DNA of 64,000 bases from an uncultured bacterium (GCA_964549305.1 CAZJVM010000001.1:5217-69216), one strand, 5' to 3'; positions 31,281-41,775 are shown, numbered from the stretch's first letter. The notes: generated by a model from the letters alone, not told the origin. Program-made: numbers and translations.

Positions 31281-32486
31281 ATGAAGAAAAATTTATTAAA
31301 AAAAATAAGAAGATATATTGTTTACGTTGCTGTCCTAATCTTCAGGTGTGCAGTTTCTCCTTTATCCTTCGGAGCAAAAAGCGGGTTGGGCGCGATTTTA
31401 GGATTCCTTTCATATTTGTTTCTTAAAAAGTCGCGAAATATCGCCATGAATAATGTGAGAAGGGCATTCCCCGGAATTGATGGGAGAAAAGCGGAAAGCA
31501 TTGTAAGGGAGTCCTTTAAAAATATGGGAAGAAACATCCTTGAAGCGATTCATTTGGAGGGGATGTCTCCGGCGGAAGTAAAAAATATGACGGAATATGA
31601 GGGGCTTGAAAAAATTAATGAAGCGATGAAAGAAGGGAAAGGAGTAATCGTAATAACGGGACACATCGGGAACTGGGAATTTTTTCAATCTGCTATGTCG
31701 TCTCTCGGATATTCCTCGACAGTGTTAGCGCAAAGATATTCAAATCCCTATATAGACAAGATGATAACAAAAATCAGAAATGCTTCAGGCACAAAGGTAA
31801 TTATTAGAAGAAGGGGAAAGGAAAGGGAGTTGATGAAGGGAGTCTTAAGCGCGTTATCAGAAGGCGATGCCCTTGGGATTCTTATGGACCATTACACGAA
31901 GAAAGGCGGGATTGCGGTGCCTTTCCTTAAGGGGGAAACAAGCGCGCCGGCAGGTCCCGCGCTTTTTGCCATGCGTACAGGCGCACCGGTAATATTCGGA
32001 TATGCAATGAGGATGAGAGAAGGTAAGTTTAAAGTTAAATTCACGAACCCCCTTAAAATTGTAAAAGGAAAAAACCGCGATGTGGCACTCGCCGTCAACA
32101 CCTCGAAGTTTATTCAGGCAATTGAAGAGGAGATACTTAACTATCCGCGCCAATGGGCATGGATGCATAAATTTGCGAGAAAGCACAGAAAAAGCGTAAA
32201 GCGTGTTGATTACGGGAAATTGCCTAAAGTGGTAATATACTCAAAAAAGGAGTGTTGCCTTTGTGACGAAGCAAAAGATATTATTAAGGAAATATCCCGT
32301 AGATTTCCTTTGAACGTTGAAGAGGTGAATATTTCAGATGATGAAGAAAAAATGGAAAAATACGGAAGAGAAGTCCCCGTTGTTTTTATAGAAGGGAAAA
32401 AATTATTTAAATTAAAGGTTGAGAAGAATCGTTTCCAGGATAGAATTGCCGAGTGCCTTTATAATTTGAATTCCGAAAATGCCTAA
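31281..32486 (+). CDS. Lipid A (Kdo2-lipid IVA) lauroyl/myristoyl acyltransferase family protein (LpxL/HtrB-like) fused to a C-terminal glutaredoxin-like (DUF836) domain
   Basis: N-terminal TM helix, then the acyltransferase HX4D region (ITGHIGNWEF). The C-terminal ~90 aa are VVIYSKKECCLCDEAKDIIKEI...VPVVFIEGKKLF, a thioredoxin-fold CxxC segment. Confidence 0.65.
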   Translation: MKKNLLKKIRRYIVYVAVLIFRCAVSPLSFGAKSGLGAILGFLSYLFLKKSRNIAMNNVRRAFPGIDGRKAESIVRESFKNMGRNILEAIHLEGMSPAEVKNMTEYEGLEKINEAMKEGKGVIVITGHIGNWEFFQSAMSSLGYSSTVLAQRYSNPYIDKMITKIRNASGTKVIIRRRGKERELMKGVLSALSEGDALGILMDHYTKKGGIAVPFLKGETSAPAGPALFAMRTGAPVIFGYAMRMREGKFKVKFTNPLKIVKGKNRDVALAVNTSKFIQAIEEEILNYPRQWAWMHKFARKHRKSVKRVDYGKLPKVVIYSKKECCLCDEAKDIIKEISRRFPLNVEEVNISDDEEKMEKYGREVPVVFIEGKKLFKLKVEKNRFQDRIAECLYNLNSENA

Positions 32487-33213
32487 TTACAAATTAAAGA
32501 TACAATATGACGGGACCGTTTATGCCGGATGGCAGATTCAACCCCATGAAATGACTATCGAAAAAGTGATTGCCGATGTCATTGAAGAAATATTTCACGA
32601 GAAGATAAAGCTCATAGGGGCATCCCGAACCGATGCAGGAGTCCATTCAAGGGGGCAAACCGCGAATTTTCACATTTCAAAAGAGATTGATTTATTTACA
32701 CTGAAGAAAGGTGTCAACGCGCTTCTTCCCGATGACATATCAATACAAAGCGCGGAAAGGGTTGATGATAATTTTCACGCACGATTCAGCTCGAAAGGTA
32801 AGATATATAAATACTATATTTGGAACAGAGATTATAAAACTCCTTTTTATTCACTATACTCGTGGCATATTTTAAAGCGCCTCGATATGGAGGCGATGAA
32901 AGCGGCATCTCGTTTTTTAAAAGGTGAGAAAGATTTTTCGTCTTTCAAGGCGTCAGGTTGCGATGCTAAATCTCCCGTAAGGCGGATAGATTCTTTTGAC
33001 ATCAGGAGTGAAGATGGTTTTGTCGTGTGTACCATAGAAGGAAGCGGTTTTTTAAAACAGATGGTAAGAAATATCGTGGGTACATTGGTTGAAATCGGTA
33101 CAGGAAGGATGACTCCCGTGGATATGGTGCACATTCTCGAAGTCCGCGACAGAAAAGCAGCAGGTCCCACTGCCCCTGGACGGGGACTGGTGCTTGTCAA
33201 GGTAAAGTATTAG
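32479..33213 (+). CDS. truA: tRNA pseudouridine(38-40) synthase
   Basis: The catalytic Asp motif GASRTDAGVHSRGQ is present. Length is 244 aa. Confidence 0.9.
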   Translation: MPNYKLKIQYDGTVYAGWQIQPHEMTIEKVIADVIEEIFHEKIKLIGASRTDAGVHSRGQTANFHISKEIDLFTLKKGVNALLPDDISIQSAERVDDNFHARFSSKGKIYKYYIWNRDYKTPFYSLYSWHILKRLDMEAMKAASRFLKGEKDFSSFKASGCDAKSPVRRIDSFDIRSEDGFVVCTIEGSGFLKQMVRNIVGTLVEIGTGRMTPVDMVHILEVRDRKAAGPTAPGRGLVLVKVKY

Positions 33214-33342
33214 TATGCACTGTCTGTAAAAGGAAAAACTTTTTCCGAAGGGAAATGCACATATAAAACGGTATGGAAATACAATTCCAAAAAATATTAT
33301 GGACAACGCCTGTCTTCTTTAGTATATATGAAAACTTGACTA

Positions 33343-33414
33343 AGGCACGTAGCTCAGCGGGAGAGCGCTGCCCTGACGCGGCAGAGGTCAGGGGTTCGAA
33401 ACCCCTCGTGCCTA
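33343..33414 (+). tRNA. tRNA-Val (anticodon GAC)
   Basis: Manual fold gives a cloverleaf. Acceptor AGGCACG/CGTGCCT, U8, D-stem GCTC/GAGC. Anticodon stem CTGCC/GGCAG with loop CTGACGC. T-arm AGGGG-TTCGAAA-CCCCT. Discriminator A, no encoded CCA. Confidence 0.8.
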
Positions 33415-33468
33415 AGATGCGAGTTATTTCGGGGGGACTATGGGAGATATTAAAACGGTAGTTAATGT

Positions 33469-35391
33469 ATGAGCGAAATTGAAATTTCTTTTGTTGACGG
33501 TGAGACACTGAAAGTTCCCTCAGGCAAGACTGTAGAAGAAATCCTTTCACAGAATAAATCCCCACTAAGGAAAAATGCCGTTGCCTGCAAGTTGGACGGT
33601 AATCTTTATGATTTGTCTTGCGTGCCCGGGAACGGCTCTGTCATAGATGTTATAGTTTCTGAGTCGGAAGAGGGAACCGAGATTTTGCGTCATAGCACAT
33701 CGCACATTATGGCGCAGGCGGTGACAGAATTATTTCCCGGAACGAAAGTAGCTATAGGTCCGGCAATCGATAAAGGCTTTTACTATGATTTTGAACGCGA
33801 GGAAAGTTTTACGCCTGAAGACCTCAAAAAAATAGAAAAGAGGATGAAAAAAATAGTCTCCTCAAACTCTTCCTTTTCAAGAAAGGTTATATCGAGGGAG
33901 GACGCTATCAGACTTTTCAGCGATAAGGGTGAAAAATATAAAGTGGAACTTCTCGAGGCATTGGAGGATGAAGAGGTTACAATGTATGAGCAGGGCACTT
34001 TTACCGACCTTTGCAGGGGACCTCATATCCCCAATACATCCAAAGTAAGGCACTTCAAGCTTCTCAATACGGCAGGTGCCTATTGGAGAGGTGATGAAAA
34101 GAACCCTATGCTTCAAAGAATTTACGGCACTGTATTCCCTACAAAAGAAGGTCTTGAGGGATACATCACATTTCTCGAGGAAGCAAAGAAGCGCGATCAC
34201 AGGAAATTGGGAAAAGACCTTGAACTTTTCACAATCAGCGACGAAATCGGGGCGGGCCTGGTAATATATCTTCCAAAGGGTGCGCTTTTGAGAACTCTTC
34301 TCGAGGATTTTGAAAAAAAGGAACATCTCAGGAGAGGATATGACATTGTAATCGGTCCGCAAATTCTTAAAAAAGACGTTTGGGTAAAATCCGGACATTT
34401 CGACAACTACCGGGAAATGATGTATTTTACAAAAGTGGATGAGCAGGAATACGGTATCAAGCCGATGAACTGCATTTCACATATGTTTGTATACAAGTCA
34501 AAGCTGAGAAGCTACAGAGATTTGCCAATGCGTCTTTTTGAGCTTGGCACTGTGCATCGGCACGAACGCTCGGGGGTCCTTCACGGTCTTATGCGCGTAA
34601 GGGGATTTACACAGGATGACGCCCATATACTTTGCATGCCGGAACAGCTTCAGGATGAAATACTATCCATAATTGATTTTGTGGATTATGTAATGAATAT
34701 ATTCGGTTTTGAATATGAAATAGAATTGAGTACGAGGCCTGAAAAATCAATAGGTTCAGACGAAGCATGGGATAGGGCTACACAGGCTCTCGAAGGCGCG
34801 TTAAAATCAAGAAATCTTCCCTATGATATCAACGAGGGCGACGGTGCCTTTTACGGGCCTAAAATAGACATAAAACTGAAGGATGCCATAGGAAGGTCCT
34901 GGCAGTGCGCGACTATACAATGTGATTTTACCCTTCCCGAGCGATTCGACCTCACTTATGTTGACAGCGATGGTCAGCAAAAACGTCCGGCGATGCTTCA
35001 CAGGGTGATTTTGGGAGCAATGGAGAGGTTTATGGGCGTTCTCATAGAACATTTTGCTGGAGCTTTTCCCACATGGCTTTCACCGGTACAGGTAATAGTA
35101 ATGACTATTACCGAGGCAGTTGACGGTTATGCCCGAAAAATTGAAGAATCTCTTAAATCTCAGGGAATAAGATGTAAGCTCGATGTAAGAAACGAAAAAA
35201 TATCTTATAAAATCAGGGAAGCTCAGCTTGCAAAGGTGCCTTATATGCTGATTATAGGCAAAAAGGAGATGGGAGATAATTTAGTTTCACTGAGATTGAG
35301 GGGAGGAAGTACGCCCGGTTCGATGACCGTTGAAGACTTTCTCAAAAAAATAAATGACGATATAAACAATAAAATGTTAAAACCCCTATGA
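33469..35391 (+). CDS. thrS: Threonine--tRNA ligase
   Basis: 640 aa. TGS N-terminal domain, editing domain, class II core (motif 2 [12 protein letters not shown]) and the anticodon-binding C-terminal domain. Confidence 0.9.
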   Translation: MSEIEISFVDGETLKVPSGKTVEEILSQNKSPLRKNAVACKLDGNLYDLSCVPGNGSVIDVIVSESEEGTEILRHSTSHIMAQAVTELFPGTKVAIGPAIDKGFYYDFEREESFTPEDLKKIEKRMKKIVSSNSSFSRKVISREDAIRLFSDKGEKYKVELLEALEDEEVTMYEQGTFTDLCRGPHIPNTSKVRHFKLLNTAGAYWRGDEKNPMLQRIYGTVFPTKEGLEGYITFLEEAKKRDHRKLGKDLELFTISDEIGAGLVIYLPKGALLRTLLEDFEKKEHLRRGYDIVIGPQILKKDVWVKSGHFDNYREMMYFTKVDEQEYGIKPMNCISHMFVYKSKLRSYRDLPMRLFELGTVHRHERSGVLHGLMRVRGFTQDDAHILCMPEQLQDEILSIIDFVDYVMNIFGFEYEIELSTRPEKSIGSDEAWDRATQALEGALKSRNLPYDINEGDGAFYGPKIDIKLKDAIGRSWQCATIQCDFTLPERFDLTYVDSDGQQKRPAMLHRVILGAMERFMGVLIEHFAGAFPTWLSPVQVIVMTITEAVDGYARKIEESLKSQGIRCKLDVRNEKISYKIREAQLAKVPYMLIIGKKEMGDNLVSLRLRGGSTPGSMTVEDFLKKINDDINNKMLKPL

Positions 35392-35395
35392 GGAG

Positions 35396-35959
35396 GTGAA
35401 TGTTATAAAAAAGTTTGATCGCCGAATTCCAAAAAGAAAACAGTCAAATATAAATGAAATGATAACAGCTAAGGAAGTCAGGCTTATTTCTTCAACTGGC
35501 GAACAGGTGGGAGTTATTTCCACAGAAGAAGCGAGAAAAATGGCTGAAGAGGACGGACTTGACCTTGTTGAAGTTTCTTCCAATTCCAGTCCTCCCGTAT
35601 GCAAAATTATCGATTACGGGAAACATTCCTTTCAGCAGAAAAAAAAGCAACAGGAAGCGAAAAAGAAACAGAAAGTAATTCAAGTCAAAGAAATCAAGTT
35701 TAAGTTAAAAACGGAAAAGCATGATATCGATTTTAAGGAAAAACATCTTGAAAGATTCTTAAATGACGGAAATAAAGCAAAAGTGAGACTAATGCTCTAC
35801 GGGAGGGAAATGACATTGGTTGGCAGAGCGATTGACATGCTTAACCGCATTGCGCAAGACCTCAGTGAAATAGCCGTTGTTGACCAACCGCCCAAGCAGG
35901 AAGGAAGAAATGTCATAATGATTCTTGCTCCCTTAAGCGCGTCCAAGAAAAAGAGCTGA
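35396..35959 (+). CDS. infC: Translation initiation factor IF-3
   Basis: [13 protein letters not shown]...GEQVGV aligns to the IF3 N-terminal domain. The C-terminal domain is also present. An AGGAGG Shine-Dalgarno abuts the GTG at 35396, so a non-canonical in-frame ATA at 35405 is the likelier start. Confidence 0.85.
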   Translation: MNVIKKFDRRIPKRKQSNINEMITAKEVRLISSTGEQVGVISTEEARKMAEEDGLDLVEVSSNSSPPVCKIIDYGKHSFQQKKKQQEAKKKQKVIQVKEIKFKLKTEKHDIDFKEKHLERFLNDGNKAKVRLMLYGREMTLVGRAIDMLNRIAQDLSEIAVVDQPPKQEGRNVIMILAPLSASKKKS

Positions 35960-36023
35960 ATTTGTTCTTGACTTTTTCACTGAAATACATCATAAAGCCA
36001 ATTTTTATTGGAGAAGAATTACA

Positions 36024-36221
36024 ATGCCCAAGATTAAAACAAATAGATCGGCAGCTAAAAGATTTAAGATAACCGGCTCCGGTAAGGTTAAGAGGAACAA
36101 AGCATTTAAAAGCCATCAGCTTAGTTGCAAGACGACAAAACAGAAAAGAAACCTTAGAAAGAGCAGTATTGTTTCAAAATCTGATGCAAAAAAAATTAAA
36201 ATGCAGTTGCCCTACAGTTAA
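36024..36221 (+). CDS. rpmI: 50S ribosomal protein L35
   Basis: [24 protein letters not shown] is the canonical L35 N-terminus. Confidence 0.85.
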   Translation: MPKIKTNRSAAKRFKITGSGKVKRNKAFKSHQLSCKTTKQKRNLRKSSIVSKSDAKKIKMQLPYS

Positions 36222-36235
36222 GGGAGAATGAGGAA

Positions 36236-36592
36236 ATGCCAAGAGCAAAAGGTGGTTTTAAAACCAGACGCAGAAGAAACAGGTTGCTGAAGCAAACTAA
36301 AGGATACTGGAATACAAAAAGCAGTTCCTACCACGTTGCGGCAGAACAGTTGTTAAGAAGTCTTCAGTTTTCATACAGGGACAGAAAAAGGAAAAAGCGT
36401 GATTTTAGAAGTCTTTGGATAATAAGAATCAATGCTGCAGCACGACAAAACGGCACTACCTATGGCAGGCTTATTTGCGGACTTAAAAAAGCGAACATTG
36501 ACATAAACAGAAAGATGCTTGCACATATAGCCGCGACCGATCCTGAAAGTTTCAGCAAAATCGCAGAAACTGCAAAAGCTTCGTTTCAATAA
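36236..36592 (+). CDS. rplT: 50S ribosomal protein L20
   Basis: MPRAKGGFKTRRRR... is the canonical L20 N-terminus. Length is 118 aa. Confidence 0.9.
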   Translation: MPRAKGGFKTRRRRNRLLKQTKGYWNTKSSSYHVAAEQLLRSLQFSYRDRKRKKRDFRSLWIIRINAAARQNGTTYGRLICGLKKANIDINRKMLAHIAATDPESFSKIAETAKASFQ

Positions 36593-36677
36593 GAGCTAAG
36601 AAACATTGTTTTTTTATCTTTCCTTTTGATACGATATGTATTGTCTTTCCATTAAAATCTTTTCAGGTGTATAATAG

Positions 36678-37709
36678 ATGAAAGATAAGCTGACGCACAT
36701 TCGCAATGATTTTACAAAGTCCTTAAAGTCCGCTAAAAATCAAGAAGACCTCGAATCTCTGCGTGTAAAGTATCTGGGGAGAAAGGGAGTCCTTACGGAT
36801 GTTCTTAAATCCCTGAAAGAGCTTTCAGTTGATGAGAAAAAAACCATAGGCAAGCTCGCAAATGAATTAAAAAACTCCTTTGCGGGATTAATCAGTGAGA
36901 AGCAGTCTTCTATTAAAAAGATGCAATCGGGAGAAAAGGGAAACACATTATCGATTGACATCACACTTCCCGGAAGGTCTTTCCCAAAAGGGTCTTTACA
37001 TCCCATAACAATTATAATGGGAGAAATTATAGATGTTTTTTCCACAATGGGATTTGAAATAGAAGACGGACCGGAGATAGAGGAGGATTACTACAACTTT
37101 GAAGCGCTGAATATCCCCCCTGACCATCCTGCCCGGGATATGCAGGACACATTTTATATAAGCGATGATGTCCTTTTGAGAACACATACTTCTCCCGTGC
37201 AAGTCAGGACATATCTCAAAAAACAGCCGCCTATAAAGATATTGGCACCGGGTAAAGTGTTCAGGCGCGATGCCGACATTTCGCACACTCCTATGTTTCA
37301 TCAGATTGAAGGCTTTTATGTTGACGAGGGGGTTTCCTTTGCTGATTTGAAAGGTACCCTCGAAATATTCATTCATAAACTTTTCGGAAAAAACGCGAAC
37401 ATAAGGTTTCGTCCAAGTTTTTTTCCGTTCACGGAACCGAGTGCGGAGGTAGATGTGGAATGCGTTATTTGCGGAGGCAAGGGTTGCAGGGTTTGCAAGA
37501 ATTCCGGTTGGATTGAAATAATGGGTTGCGGAATGGTTCATCCCAATGTTTTCGAAGCGGTTAAATACGATGCCGAAAAATATACGGGCTTTGCCTTCGG
37601 AATGGGAATCGAGCGAATCGCAATGATTAAGTTCGGCATCGATGATATTCGGCTCTTTTATGAAAATGATATCCGTTTCCTTAAACAGTTCAGGGCAGAA
37701 GCAAAATGA
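36678..37709 (+). CDS. pheS: Phenylalanine--tRNA ligase alpha subunit
   Basis: Class II motifs are present (FRRDADISHTPMFHQIEG; GMGIERIAMI). Length is 343 aa. Confidence 0.9.
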   Translation: MKDKLTHIRNDFTKSLKSAKNQEDLESLRVKYLGRKGVLTDVLKSLKELSVDEKKTIGKLANELKNSFAGLISEKQSSIKKMQSGEKGNTLSIDITLPGRSFPKGSLHPITIIMGEIIDVFSTMGFEIEDGPEIEEDYYNFEALNIPPDHPARDMQDTFYISDDVLLRTHTSPVQVRTYLKKQPPIKILAPGKVFRRDADISHTPMFHQIEGFYVDEGVSFADLKGTLEIFIHKLFGKNANIRFRPSFFPFTEPSAEVDVECVICGGKGCRVCKNSGWIEIMGCGMVHPNVFEAVKYDAEKYTGFAFGMGIERIAMIKFGIDDIRLFYENDIRFLKQFRAEAK

Positions 37710-40105
37710 AAATATCGTGGAAATGGCTGAAAGAATATATTGATATCCCCTGTTCCCTGAATGAAATAGCCGACAGGCTTACAATGTCGGGGCTTGAAGT
37801 TGAGGATATCATCCTTTTTCGCGACAACATTCCCCGGGAAGTGGTGACCGCGCAGATTACATCCTTAAAGAAACACCCCGATTCGGATAATCTTCAGATA
37901 GTTGAAGTCAATATCGGTTCAGAAACGGTTGCTGTTGTTTCAGGCGCGCCCGGACTTGAAAAAGGAAAGCGAGTCGCATTTGCTCCCCATGGTGTAAAAC
38001 TGCCGGCGGGAAAAGTGGAAAAAAGAAAGATAAGGGGCATTGTTTCGTCGGGACTTCTATGCTGTGATGCGGACTTTGATTTGACTGAGCAATCAGAAGG
38101 CATTATTTACTTTCCCGAGGACTGTGAAATAGGCGAATATGCCGGTAAATATATCGAAACAGAGGAAGCGGTCATAGAATTGGGAGTTACGCCCAACAGA
38201 CCGGACTGTTTGAATGTAATGGGAATCGCAAGGGAAGTCTCTGCGCTTACCGGGAACGGAATAAAACAGCAAAAATCGAAATTCAACGAAATTAAAACTC
38301 CTTCATCGCATCTCATATCGCTGGTTATAGACGCGCCGGATCTTTGTCCCGCATATACCGCAAGAGTGATAGAAGATGTGGAGATTAAGACATCTCCCGT
38401 ATGGATTCAGAAACGCCTCAGGGCATCGGGAATACGCGCTATCAATAATGTAGTGGATATAACTAATTATGTTCTGATTGAAACGGGACATCCCCTGCAC
38501 GCATTTGATTACGACCTTATAGAAGGAAAAAAGATTATTGTACGAAAGGCTCGTAAAGGTGAGAAAATAACTACTCTTGATTCCGAAGAAAGAACACTTA
38601 CCGATGATATGCTTCTGATTGCTGATGAAAAAAACGGGATAGCCGTTGCCGGTGTTATGGGGGGGAAGGATTCGGAAGTTACGGAAAAGACAACAAAACT
38701 CGTTATCGAAAGCGCTTACTTCACTGCAGCGGGAATCAGGAAGACATCAAAAAAACTCGGACTCAGCACGGAAGCGTCATACAGGTTCGAGAGGGGAAGC
38801 GATCCGGGTATTCTTTTCTATGCTTCCGACAGGGTTTCCGCTCTTGTTTCTCAGATTGCAAACGGAAAAGTTTGCAAGGGTATGGTGAGTGAATCGTTTT
38901 TAAGGAATCAACCGCCGCTGATCCCCTTGAGAAAGAATGTTATGAAAAAGGTTCTTGGAACTGAAATTTCCATGGAGAAAGCTGCAAACATATGTGAAAA
39001 CCTCGGCATGACAATAAAATCAAGGGATGAGGAAGGGGTAAGCATAAATCCTCCGTCGTACAGGGGCGATATTAAAAAAGAGATTGACCTTATTGAAGAA
39101 GTGGCAAGGATATCGGGATATGAAAATATTCCCCTGAAGTATCCGGTTTCTCAGGCAGGTGGTAACGGAAATTTTCCCGGCAGATTAAAAACTATAAGCA
39201 ATATGAGATCGGAACTGGTCCGCATAGGTTTCAGTGAAGTAATTAATTACAGTTTTGTAGACTCCAGGGTACTGGCAAAAATATCAGATAAGACGCCAAA
39301 TGCTGTTTCGATTTGTAATCCTTTATCGGAAGAGCAGGATATAATGAGAACTTCTCTTATACAGGGGATTCTCAACTCTCTTTCCTTTAACGTTAAAAGA
39401 TATTTGCCTGATTTAAAGATATTTGAAATCGGAAGGGTATATCTGCCGGTAAAAGACAAATTTACGGCAGATGAGCGTGTGTTTCTTACAGGGCTTGTAA
39501 GCGGAAATATATCCCATCCGAGTTGGTATGAGAAAGAGAGAAAATCGGATTTTTTTGATATAAAAGGAGTGCTCGAGTCGCTTTGCGACGTTTCCGGATT
39601 GAAACTCAACTTAAAGTCCATATCGGTAGAGAAAGTGTTTCTCGATTCCTCTGAGTCCGCCGACATTTTTATAAATGATAAAAAATGCGGATATGTGGGG
39701 AAAATATCTGACATCATAGTGGATGATTTTGAACTTAAAACACCTGTTTATGTATTTGAAATCGATATTGATTCCATAGATTTCAAAAAAACTGTTGTAA
39801 CGTCATTTAAACGGCTTTCAAAAATTCCACCGTCATACAGAGACCTTGCCATAATAGTAAATGACAGTTTCAGTGCAGAGGAAATACTTAATTGTGTGAA
39901 AAAATCATCAGGAGAAATTCTCGAAGATGTGGTGCTTTTTGACATTTACAAGGGAAAACCGGTGCGAACGGGGTTTAAAAGCGTTGCCTTGTCTCTTACT
40001 TTCAGAGGTATTGAATCCACTCTTACCGATGAAGAGATTAATACCGTAACGGGTAGTATACTCGAATCCCTTAAAAAAGAGCTTTCCGCTGAAATAAGAA
40101 ACTGA
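37706..40105 (+). CDS. pheT: Phenylalanine--tRNA ligase beta subunit
   Basis: 799 aa. tRNA-binding N-terminal domain, B3/B4 and B5 domains, C-terminal FDX-ACB domain. It overlaps the pheS stop (ATGA). Confidence 0.9.
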   Translation: MKISWKWLKEYIDIPCSLNEIADRLTMSGLEVEDIILFRDNIPREVVTAQITSLKKHPDSDNLQIVEVNIGSETVAVVSGAPGLEKGKRVAFAPHGVKLPAGKVEKRKIRGIVSSGLLCCDADFDLTEQSEGIIYFPEDCEIGEYAGKYIETEEAVIELGVTPNRPDCLNVMGIAREVSALTGNGIKQQKSKFNEIKTPSSHLISLVIDAPDLCPAYTARVIEDVEIKTSPVWIQKRLRASGIRAINNVVDITNYVLIETGHPLHAFDYDLIEGKKIIVRKARKGEKITTLDSEERTLTDDMLLIADEKNGIAVAGVMGGKDSEVTEKTTKLVIESAYFTAAGIRKTSKKLGLSTEASYRFERGSDPGILFYASDRVSALVSQIANGKVCKGMVSESFLRNQPPLIPLRKNVMKKVLGTEISMEKAANICENLGMTIKSRDEEGVSINPPSYRGDIKKEIDLIEEVARISGYENIPLKYPVSQAGGNGNFPGRLKTISNMRSELVRIGFSEVINYSFVDSRVLAKISDKTPNAVSICNPLSEEQDIMRTSLIQGILNSLSFNVKRYLPDLKIFEIGRVYLPVKDKFTADERVFLTGLVSGNISHPSWYEKERKSDFFDIKGVLESLCDVSGLKLNLKSISVEKVFLDSSESADIFINDKKCGYVGKISDIIVDDFELKTPVYVFEIDIDSIDFKKTVVTSFKRLSKIPPSYRDLAIIVNDSFSAEEILNCVKKSSGEILEDVVLFDIYKGKPVRTGFKSVALSLTFRGIESTLTDEEINTVTGSILESLKKELSAEIRN

Positions 40106-40246
40106 AAGGGTTATATCCCGGTAAACACTCTCTTTTTTTATCAATCGCCTGCAATTACTATTCTTGACTTTTATTGCTTCTTGGCTAATATTTGAGTTGT
40201 CCTACAGATATATTATATAATCTTTAACAGGGGGAGTATTCTTAAA

Positions 40247-40513
40247 ATGCAGCAGATTGAATTATTGGAAGAAAAAATACGAAAGATGATTGATGTCATT
40301 AAAGGTTTCAGGGAAGAAAACGGCAAACTTTCTGCGCAAATTGAAGAGTTTAAGAGCAAAATTTCCGATTTTGAAAAAGAATTATCTGACAAAAACGGAA
40401 TTAAAGAAAAATATTCCGAGCTTTTGAAAGAAAAAGAAAATTTACAGAGTGAAAAGGATATGGTAAAATCTTCTGTGGAAAAACTGATTCAGGATATAGA
40501 AAGCATTGTTTAA
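40247..40513 (+). CDS. Coiled-coil cell-division protein, ZapB-like
   Basis: 88 aa, entirely a heptad coiled coil, immediately upstream of zapA. Confidence 0.45.
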   Translation: MQQIELLEEKIRKMIDVIKGFREENGKLSAQIEEFKSKISDFEKELSDKNGIKEKYSELLKEKENLQSEKDMVKSSVEKLIQDIESIV

Positions 40514-40529
40514 TTAACTTTCTAAGTTT

Positions 40530-40844
40530 ATGAATAAAGCTAATAGGGCTAAAAAAGAAACAAAAGTTGATATTTTCGGAAAAACCTATAACCTTGTGTT
40601 TGACGGTGACGAAAACCATTTTAATGAAGTGACCACTTACCTTAACGAAAAGATGGAGGAAATTCACAACAGTACAAGAATGGTTGATTCAATTAAAGTA
40701 GCTGTATTGGCGGCATTGAAAATAACCGATGAGTTGTTAACTTTAAAAAAAGAAATGGACAGTGTGGTTAATCTTGACAATGAGAAAACAGAGATGTTGA
40801 TAAATCTCATTGACAGCAATATAGAAGAAGTAAGAAATGCTTAA
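40530..40844 (+). CDS. zapA: Cell division protein ZapA
   Basis: 104 aa. The N-terminal beta region VDIFGKTYNLVFDGDENHF is followed by a C-terminal coiled coil. Confidence 0.7.
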   Translation: MNKANRAKKETKVDIFGKTYNLVFDGDENHFNEVTTYLNEKMEEIHNSTRMVDSIKVAVLAALKITDELLTLKKEMDSVVNLDNEKTEMLINLIDSNIEEVRNA

Positions 40845-40849
40845 AAGTC

Positions 40850-41139
40850 GCATGGTGGGAAATTTAAAATGGGAATTATTTAAATTTCCTATGGGGAAAA
40901 GAAAGAGAAAAAGAGTTTTTGAATAAAAGGTGAATGAATTACAAAATGAAAAAAAGTTTTAAAAATATATGGTTGTCGGTTTTGAAACAATATACACGGA
41001 TTATAAAATCCGATTTGTTCACCTTGAATAAGTCATACGATTGCGAAGAATTTGCTTTCTAACAGTCATATGAATAACTGATTATTTTCTTTTTCTAACT
41101 TAGTTTAGGCACTTATACGGTGTCCGGTTTCCCACCTGC
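40850..41139 (+). ncRNA. ssrS: Candidate 6S RNA (ssrS) between zapA and the 5-formyltetrahydrofolate cyclo-ligase gene
   Basis: A 345-nt non-coding gap separates the zapA stop (40844) from the likely ygfA start (41189), in the conserved zapA-ssrS-ygfA arrangement known from E. coli. A 12-bp long-range pairing (GCA-t-GGTGGGAAA at 40850-40862 with TTTCCCACC-TGC at 41128-41139) could form a closing stem. Internal hairpins GGAAATTTAA/TTAAATTTCC and CGGAT-tataaa-ATCCG are present. At ~290 nt this is longer than typical 6S RNA. Confidence 0.3.
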
Positions 41140-41188
41140 ATTACTTCCGAGAAGGTTAATTTTGAACAAAAAAAGCGTCAGGAAAAAA

Positions 41189-41755
41189 ATGCAGGCATTG
41201 AGGAAAAAACTGAATGTAGAAAGAGCTAAGACATATTCTGATATTGCCTGTAATAAACTTCTTTCATTTGCCCCTCTTTTAAGATCCGGCACGGTTTCCT
41301 GCTATTCCTCAAAACCTGAAGAATTACAGACAGACAAGCTCATTATCCGCCTTGTTGAAATAGGCAAAAAAGTTGCATTGCCTAAGGTTGACCAAAAAAA
41401 TAATAAAATGGACTTTTATTATATAAATTCTCCTGAAAAAGACCTGGAGACCGGTTTTATGGGAATAATGGAACCTAAAACGGGTTTGAAAAAGGTAGAA
41501 GATGTTACCGAAATTGATTTTACAATCATTCCCGCGCTTTCAGTTGATGTTGAAGGAAATCGAATCGGTTTCGGAGGCGGTTTTTTTGACAGATATTTTA
41601 AAAGCCGGGAGAAAAGAAATATATTGTGCGGATTGGTTTTCGATTTTCAAATTTTAGAATGTATCCCGTATGATTCCCGAGATGTAAAACTTGATTTTGT
41701 TATTTCTGAAAAAAGAATCATCTCTTGCGGGAAAGAAATAAGCAGAGTTCATTAA
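41189..41755 (+). CDS. ygfA: 5-formyltetrahydrofolate cyclo-ligase
   Basis: GFGGGFFDR motif and an N-terminal [11 protein letters not shown] region similar to B. subtilis YqgN. The start was moved to the internal ATG; the upstream GTG extension has no homology. Confidence 0.75.
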   Translation: MQALRKKLNVERAKTYSDIACNKLLSFAPLLRSGTVSCYSSKPEELQTDKLIIRLVEIGKKVALPKVDQKNNKMDFYYINSPEKDLETGFMGIMEPKTGLKKVEDVTEIDFTIIPALSVDVEGNRIGFGGGFFDRYFKSREKRNILCGLVFDFQILECIPYDSRDVKLDFVISEKRIISCGKEISRVH

Positions 41756-41775
41756 ACATAAAAGGAGGAATTTCG

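Noticed and set aside
33197-33565. ORFs 33197-33565 (-) and 33273-33461 (+) in the truA-thrS gap
   Set aside because: They overlap the tRNA-Val gene and have no Shine-Dalgarno sequence. They are artefacts of the six-frame translation.
41120-41188. GTG-initiated N-terminal extension of the 5-formyl-THF cyclo-ligase ORF
   Set aside because: The extension has no similarity to YgfA/YqgN N-termini, whereas the internal Met (MQALRKKL) aligns with B. subtilis YqgN. The region more plausibly belongs to the candidate 6S RNA 3' helix.
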